A stretch of 64,000 bases of DNA from Synergistales bacterium. GTDB lineage: Bacteria > Synergistota > Synergistia > Synergistales > JAFGMB01. Position 1 is the stretch's first letter; every line of letters starts with the position of its first letter. The notes under the pieces were generated by a model that was not told where the DNA came from, ran no database searches, and worked only from the letters and a program-made list of their open reading frames with translations. Below, one piece after another: positions 59,585 to 64,000 of this stretch. The DNA lies in contig OY762654.1 in assembly GCA_963666205.1 (NCBI GenBank), positions 646,611-710,610 of the forward strand, read 5' to 3'. The position numbers were made by a program, and so were the translations under genes.

Positions 59585-59992
59585 CTAGCCTATCACTAAC
59601 AGAAGGTCTCCGGTGTTTACGGAGTCACCGTCATGTGCCCTTACTTCCTTCACTGTGCCGCCGGCGGGAGCAAGTATCTCGTTCTCCATCTTCATGGCTT
59701 CCAGAACCAGAAGAAGATCCCCTGCGTTCACCGCTGCTCCACTCTGGACAACCACCCTCAGTACCTTGCCGGGCATGGGGGCGGATATCTCCGTTCCCTC
59801 TACGGGGCCTGCCGGTGCCGGCGCTGCTGCTGGTTTGGGGGCAGGAGATGCTGCCGGCGCCGCTGCTGGTGCCGCTACTGCTGCCGTAACTGGTGCTGGG
59901 CTCGATGATGCGGGTGCACTGCTGCCTCCGAGTTCTTCCACTTCTACTTCGTAACTCGTTCCATCTACGGTCACTCTGTATTTCTTTGCCAT
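59585..59992 (-). CDS. mmdC: Biotin carboxyl carrier subunit of the decarboxylase (MmdC)
   Basis: 135 aa. Ala/Pro-rich linker and a biotinyl domain with LLVLEAMKMENEI (biotinyl-Lys motif). Confidence 0.88.
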   Translation of the reverse strand: MAKKYRVTVDGTSYEVEVEELGGSSAPASSSPAPVTAAVAAPAAAPAASPAPKPAAAPAPAGPVEGTEISAPMPGKVLRVVVQSGAAVNAGDLLLVLEAMKMENEILAPAGGTVKEVRAHDGDSVNTGDLLLVIG

Positions 59993-60025
59993 CTTATCTT
60001 CCTCCCGGACTTCCCACCTATGTTG

Positions 60026-60057
60026 GATTTTAGATTTTAGATTTTAGATTTTAGATT
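60026..60057. repeat. 7-bp tandem repeat (GATTTTA) x4.6 in the mmdD-mmdC intergenic spacer
   Basis: GATTTTAGATTTTAGATTTTAGATTTTAGATT read directly. Four perfect units plus a partial one. Confidence 0.95.
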
Positions 60058-60153
60058 AAGGCCATTCAGAAACGCTGAAAACATTCAAACAGTTTAAAAC
60101 GTTTATATCCTTCGATCAGTCTGTCCCAGGGGGGGCAGTTTAATTCCCCGTCC

Positions 60154-60588
60154 TCAGGCCTTCCTCTTCCAGGGGTCCTTTACCATTCCCTGGTAGTTCT
60201 CCAGAAGGGCACTGGCCCTCCAGCCTCCTGAAAGAGTTCCCCTTACCCCACTGCCTGCGGGCGTTATGCTCTTTATCCTTACTGCCCTGCCTGTGGAGGC
60301 GAGGATGGCTGCACTTATGGCCGCTGCCAGCTTCCCTCCTTCAGGGGTCGACGGCGCTCGGGATGATACCTCTGCTGCCGGGCTTTCCTTCGGGGGGGCT
60401 GACTTTACCCTTTCCCCTCCCCTGGGGGGGGTGACTCCCTTATTACCCATTCCTCCTCCGAGGGCTGCCAGATACTTCACACAGTAGATAATGAGGGTCA
60501 GTCCTCCAAGTACCAGAAAGACCGTAGAAAAGGCTATGAGGGCGAGGCTCAGGGCCCCTCCTATTCCGTTGCTGAACTGGTTGCCCAT
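60154..60588 (-). CDS. mmdD: Decarboxylase small membrane-anchor subunit (OadG/MmdD-like)
   Basis: 144 aa. A single N-terminal TM (LSLALIAFSTVFLVLGGLTLIIYCV), a Pro/Ala-rich linker, and a position between the alpha and biotin-carrier genes. Confidence 0.6.
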   Translation of the reverse strand: MGNQFSNGIGGALSLALIAFSTVFLVLGGLTLIIYCVKYLAALGGGMGNKGVTPPRGGERVKSAPPKESPAAEVSSRAPSTPEGGKLAAAISAAILASTGRAVRIKSITPAGSGVRGTLSGGWRASALLENYQGMVKDPWKRKA

Positions 60589-60614
60589 GGTGTGTCTCTC
60601 TCCTCCCTCGTCCC

Positions 60615-62174
60615 CTACTGGGGCATTACGGAATGTTTCTTCCGGGGCAGGCTTTCCCTCTTGCCTTCCGTGGCCTTGAGGGCTTCGTAGATCTCACCTC
60701 GGGTCTCTTCCGGAAGGATAACCCTGTCTACCAGTCCTCGCTTGGCTGCCTGGTAGGGGTTGGCAAAGGCTTCCCTGTATTCATCTATCTTCTGCTGCCT
60801 CTCTAGCTGCTGGTCCGCCGCTTTCTCGATTTCCTTACGAAATACTATGTTCGCGGCTCCTTCGGCTCCCATAACGGCTATCTCTGCCTGGGGCCAGGCA
60901 AGTACCATGTCAGCTCCAAGGGCCTTGCTGCACATTCCCAGGTAGGCTCCTCCATAGCTCTTCCGAAGGACTACCGTGATCAGGGGTACTGTGGCTTCGC
61001 TGTAGGCGTAAAGAAGCTTGGCTCCATGCCTTATAATACCGCCCCATTCCTGCGCGGTACCGGGTAGATAGCCGGGTACGTCCACAAAGGTCACTATGGG
61101 TATGTTGAAGGCATCGCAGTGGCGGATAAAACGGCTGGCCTTGTCTGAACAGTCTATGTCCAGGCAGCCTGCCATGTTGCTGGCCTGGTTGGCCACTATG
61201 CCCACTGCTTTCCCTCCGATCCTTCCGTAACCGGTGACTATGTTCTTCGCCCAGAGAGCCTGCACTTCAAAAAAACGGCCATCGTCAAGCACTCTCTTCA
61301 GTACTTCATGAACATGGTAACTCTTGTTCGGGTTCGTGGGCACTATGTTCCTGAGTTCCAGATCCCTCCGGTAGGGATCGTCATCGCTCTCCTTAACGGG
61401 CGCATCCTCCATGTTGTTGGAGGGCAGGTAACCAAGTACTGTCCTTACCTGTTCAAAACATTCCTGCTCGCTCTTCGCAAAAAAATGGGCGTTCCCGCTG
61501 CGGCTGTTGTGCGCCATGGCTCCGCCTATCTGTTCGCTGGTAACTTCCTCTCCCGTGACCGCCTTGATCACGGCGGGCCCCGTTATATGCATTATCCCCG
61601 TCTTGTCCACCATGAAAATGTAGTCCGTCAGCGCTGGACTGTAAACAGCACCTCCCGCTGTGGGACCTACTATCACTGACAGCTGGGGAATTACTCCGCT
61701 GGCTATGGTGTTACGGTAAAATATACCACCGTATCCGTCCAGTGAATCCACCGCTTCCTGGATCCTCGCTCCTCCACTGTCGTTGATGCCTACTACAGGG
61801 GCTCCGTTCCTCATCGCAAGGTCCATTACCTTCCAGATCTTGTGGGCATGCTTCTCTCCCAATGAACCTCCCAGTACAGTGAAATCCTGGCTGTATACGT
61901 ATACCGGACGACCTTCCACTGTCCCCCAGCCCGTCACTACTCCGTCCCCGGGATATACCTTGCTCTCCATTCCAAAATGGCTGCAGCGGTGCTCCACAAA
62001 TTCGTCTATCTCTATAAAACTGCCTGCGTCAAGTAATAGCTCTATCCTCTCCCGCGCCGTCAGCTTACCCTTAGACTTCTGCTTCTCTATCGCCCCGGGA
62101 CCGCCTCCCTCGCGGACCTGCTCTCGCTTCGCCTCCAATTGCTCACATAGTTCGTCTATATGCCTCTCCGACAT
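60615..62174 (-). CDS. mmdA: Methylmalonyl-CoA decarboxylase alpha subunit (carboxyltransferase, PccB family)
   Basis: 519 aa. Carboxyl_trans domain (GKLTARERIELLLD, INDSGGARIQE, GPTAGGAVYSPALTD, RKSYGGAYLGM). Confidence 0.92.
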   Translation of the reverse strand: MSERHIDELCEQLEAKREQVREGGGPGAIEKQKSKGKLTARERIELLLDAGSFIEIDEFVEHRCSHFGMESKVYPGDGVVTGWGTVEGRPVYVYSQDFTVLGGSLGEKHAHKIWKVMDLAMRNGAPVVGINDSGGARIQEAVDSLDGYGGIFYRNTIASGVIPQLSVIVGPTAGGAVYSPALTDYIFMVDKTGIMHITGPAVIKAVTGEEVTSEQIGGAMAHNSRSGNAHFFAKSEQECFEQVRTVLGYLPSNNMEDAPVKESDDDPYRRDLELRNIVPTNPNKSYHVHEVLKRVLDDGRFFEVQALWAKNIVTGYGRIGGKAVGIVANQASNMAGCLDIDCSDKASRFIRHCDAFNIPIVTFVDVPGYLPGTAQEWGGIIRHGAKLLYAYSEATVPLITVVLRKSYGGAYLGMCSKALGADMVLAWPQAEIAVMGAEGAANIVFRKEIEKAADQQLERQQKIDEYREAFANPYQAAKRGLVDRVILPEETRGEIYEALKATEGKRESLPRKKHSVMPQ

Positions 62175-62217
62175 GGCCTTCGCATTCCTCCTTATAGTAG
62201 GAAATATTTACCTTTTG

Positions 62218-62634
62218 TTATTGCTTTTCCATGGGTCTCTCCGAAATTTCAAGAAGAACCCCTCCACTAGCCTTGGGATGGACAAAAGCAATCCGGCATC
62301 CGCCGGCACCAAGCCTTGGTACTTCATCAATAAGTCTTACTCCCTTTACCTTAAGATCAGCCAGCGCTTTTTCTATATCATCAACCCTGATAGCGATGTG
62401 ATGGATTCCTTCACCTTTTTTCTCAATAAATCGAGCAACCGGACTATCTTCGGCCGTGGGTTCCAGAAGTTCAATTTCAGTGTCCAGTAGAGGAAGAAAA
62501 GCTGTTCTAACCTTCTGTTCCTGAACTTCTTCTATGCCATGACACTTTATTCCCATGGCTCCTTCCCAGAATTCCAGAGAATCTTCAATGCTTTTTACTG
62601 CAATTCCGATATGATCAACAACAGTTGGGTTCAT
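62218..62634 (-). CDS. mce: Methylmalonyl-CoA epimerase (VOC/glyoxalase fold)
   Basis: 138 aa. VDHIGIAVKSIEDSLEFW..., GEGIHHIAIRVDDIEKA..., FVHPKASGGVLLE. Confidence 0.85.
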   Translation of the reverse strand: MNPTVVDHIGIAVKSIEDSLEFWEGAMGIKCHGIEEVQEQKVRTAFLPLLDTEIELLEPTAEDSPVARFIEKKGEGIHHIAIRVDDIEKALADLKVKGVRLIDEVPRLGAGGCRIAFVHPKASGGVLLEISERPMEKQ

Positions 62635-62814
62635 TATTAGCCCTCCATTAAAATTAATTGAAAGATATTTTACTCATATCAATGCATAGTAATAGTAACA
62701 GATATCATAAAAAATACATATTTTCAGAATGCTAATATTCCAGATATCCATTACGTCATAATTATATTTATAGTTATTTCAATATGTATACTATTTATAT
62801 TGTCTACTCTCCAT

Positions 62815-62848
62815 ATAAAAATAGCCACCATATATACCTGGTGGCTAT
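62815..62848 (-). terminator. Terminator downstream of the USP gene
   Basis: AGCCACCA/TGGTGGCT 8-bp stem (62823-62846), followed on the minus strand by ATTTTTAT. Confidence 0.6.
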
Positions 62849-62878
62849 TTTCCTGTAAAAGAAGTCCTGTCTCCGAGA

Positions 62879-63337
62879 TCAGAAAACATCAAGTCCCGGT
62901 CTGTATATAAGAACCGAGCAATTGGAATAACGAGCAACATTTGCAGCTGTACTGCCCACAACCAGTCTTTCAATGGTACTCTGGCCTCTATATCCAATTA
63001 TTATCAGATTATAATTTCCCTCTTTTGCGCATCTGATGATAACATCAGATGGACTTCCTTCTTCGATAATAATCTCGTGGGACCTGTCTGCACAGTGAGG
63101 CATCGACTCCCCGGCTTTGTGGATGTAATATTTTATTTTCTTTCTTGCGATTTCGGAGATCTCAACATCAAGCTCAGGAGGAAGCCAGGGCTCATAACCT
63201 TTCCAGAGGGTGGGATGGGGAAGAACATGGATGAAGTTCGTTTCAACATCGAGTCTGTAAGATAGCGAGCAGGCATAAGCGATAAGTTTGTCCGACATTT
63301 TACTTAAGTCCACAGCAACGAGGATTTTTTTGGGCAT
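62879..63337 (-). CDS. Universal stress protein (single USP domain)
   Basis: 152 aa. MPKKILVAVDLSKMSDK... and ...LIIIGYRGQSTIERLVVGSTAANVARYSNCSVLIY. Confidence 0.75.
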   Translation of the reverse strand: MPKKILVAVDLSKMSDKLIAYACSLSYRLDVETNFIHVLPHPTLWKGYEPWLPPELDVEISEIARKKIKYYIHKAGESMPHCADRSHEIIIEEGSPSDVIIRCAKEGNYNLIIIGYRGQSTIERLVVGSTAANVARYSNCSVLIYRPGLDVF

Positions 63338-63484
63338 TCATATTCACTCCTTTCCGCAATTAACAATCCCTATCCTTTCTTTATAATATTATACTACTGT
63401 AGCTCAGTAAATAGTCAAGATGAAATATTTCTCAGATTCTTTTAAAATAGATCCGATCTGAAAAATTCGGGAGTGATGCTTAAT

Positions 63485-64000
63485 ATGGAAATCAAAGTAC
63501 CTTTCATAATACTGAACATTTTCTTCGGAACCTGCATGGGGTCATTTCTTAATGTAGTAGCATTCAGAACTCTTGAGGACAGATCCTGGTGGGGGAAAGA
63601 ACGGTCAAAATGCCCGAAGTGCGGGAATTTACTGAAATCGAAAGACCTTATACCCCTCTTATCTTACATCTTCCTGAGGGGTAGATGCCGATACTGCAAC
63701 ACCAAGATCCCAAGGAGGTATTTTCTGATCGAACTGACTGGTGGAGCAATTGGCGGACTTCTTGCATGGAGGTGGGGTGTATCATATGCAACGATTCTGG
63801 CCCTGATGACGGCATACGGTCTGCTCCTCAGCGGGATAACAGATTTTTTTTCAGGTTATATCTACGACTTGTATGCACTTATCATAGGTATCGCCGGGCT
63901 AGTCCTGAGACTGCCTGGTGGATGGGTTTCCCTGGTGGATGGAATTGAAGGGGCACTTCTCGGTTTTGGTGTCATCGCAATAATAATTCTATTAAGCCGT
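63485..64000 (+). CDS. pilD: Prepilin peptidase / N-methyltransferase (A24 family, PilD), 3' end beyond window
   Basis: Hand translation from ATG 63485: MEIKVPFIILNIFFGTCMGSFLNVVAFRTLEDRSWWGKERSKCPKCGNLLKSKDLIPLLSYIFLRGRCRYCNTKIPRRYFLIELTGG...SGITDFFSGYIYD... It has the CxxC...CxxC zinc motif and the first catalytic-Asp region. The frame is open to the window end, so it is absent from the ORF track. Confidence 0.85.
   Translation, partial: MEIKVPFIILNIFFGTCMGSFLNVVAFRTLEDRSWWGKERSKCPKCGNLLKSKDLIPLLSYIFLRGRCRYCNTKIPRRYFLIELTGGAIGGLLAWRWGVSYATILALMTAYGLLLSGITDFFSGYIYDLYALIIGIAGLVLRLPGGWVSLVDGIEGALLGFGVIAIIILLSR

Noticed and set aside
58383-59588. 401-aa plus-strand ORF covering the whole of mmdB in antisense
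   Set aside because: Its composition (His/Gly/Tyr/Glu/Arg-rich, low complexity) is not protein-like. It mirrors a strongly supported membrane-protein gene in a GC-rich, stop-poor region, and I see no RBS. It is a classic antisense shadow ORF.
60026-60057. Possible CRISPR or mini-array
   Set aside because: The units are 7 bp with no spacers, so this is a simple microsatellite. No CRISPR-like repeat-spacer structure occurs anywhere in the window.
61783-62490. 235-aa plus-strand ORF antisense to mmdA and the epimerase gene
   Set aside because: It spans two real minus-strand genes plus their intergenic gap. The sequence is Ser/Pro-rich and low-complexity. It is a shadow ORF.

Overview
The window is mostly core chromosome. 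About 80% of the genes are on the minus strand, and all tRNAs encode their CCA end. The gene content points to an anaerobic, amino-acid/peptide-fermenting diderm bacterium. Diderm markers are a TolC-like channel, an Omp85/POTRA barrel and an LpxL-type acyltransferase. The gene order is Firmicutes-like (gerM-rph-rdgB and tRNA-tuf-rpmG-secE-nusG-rplKAJL). A Synergistota- or Negativicutes-like lineage is my guess only; I could not run a 16S search.

Content from left to right:
- a type IV pilus minor-pilin locus split in two (1-874 and 4129-7462) by ywbE, a six-gene tRNA array with a duplicated tRNA-Asn 3' fragment, an amidohydrolase and nfi
- a 279-bp internally deleted IS3-family element
- the rplL-rplJ-rplA-rplK-nusG-secE-tRNATrp-rpmG-tuf-tRNA(Thr,Tyr,Thr) block
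- a TetR-controlled tripartite RND efflux operon with a small P-II-like gene
- mgtE, rpsI-rplM, an NAPRTase-family gene, secG, rdgB, rph, a GerMN protein, a cell-wall amidase and pmbA/tldD
- a frameshifted threonine aldolase
- PHP and YfcE phosphoesterases and hom
- a stand-alone triple-MshEN (c-di-GMP receptor type) protein
- a 16S-23S-5S-5S rRNA operon
- an Opp/Dpp peptide ABC transporter (plus strand) and archaeal-type proS
- a patatin-POTRA-barrel (type Vd-like) protein, a ClC channel, a YqgF-like nuclease coupled to the LpxL-type acyltransferase, and USPs
- a family-1 encapsulin with ferritin-like cargo
- an SfsA-DUF123 (GIY-YIG) fusion
- the Na+-pumping methylmalonyl-CoA decarboxylase operon plus epimerase
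- the 5' part of prepilin peptidase

I saw no CRISPR array, prophage or obvious defence island. The most unusual items are the triple-MshEN protein, the SfsA-DUF123 two-nuclease fusion beside the encapsulin operon, and the cadherin-like PilY1-family adhesin in a split pilus locus. All calls come from reading the sequence and the ORF track by eye. rRNA ends are approximate and no database search was possible.
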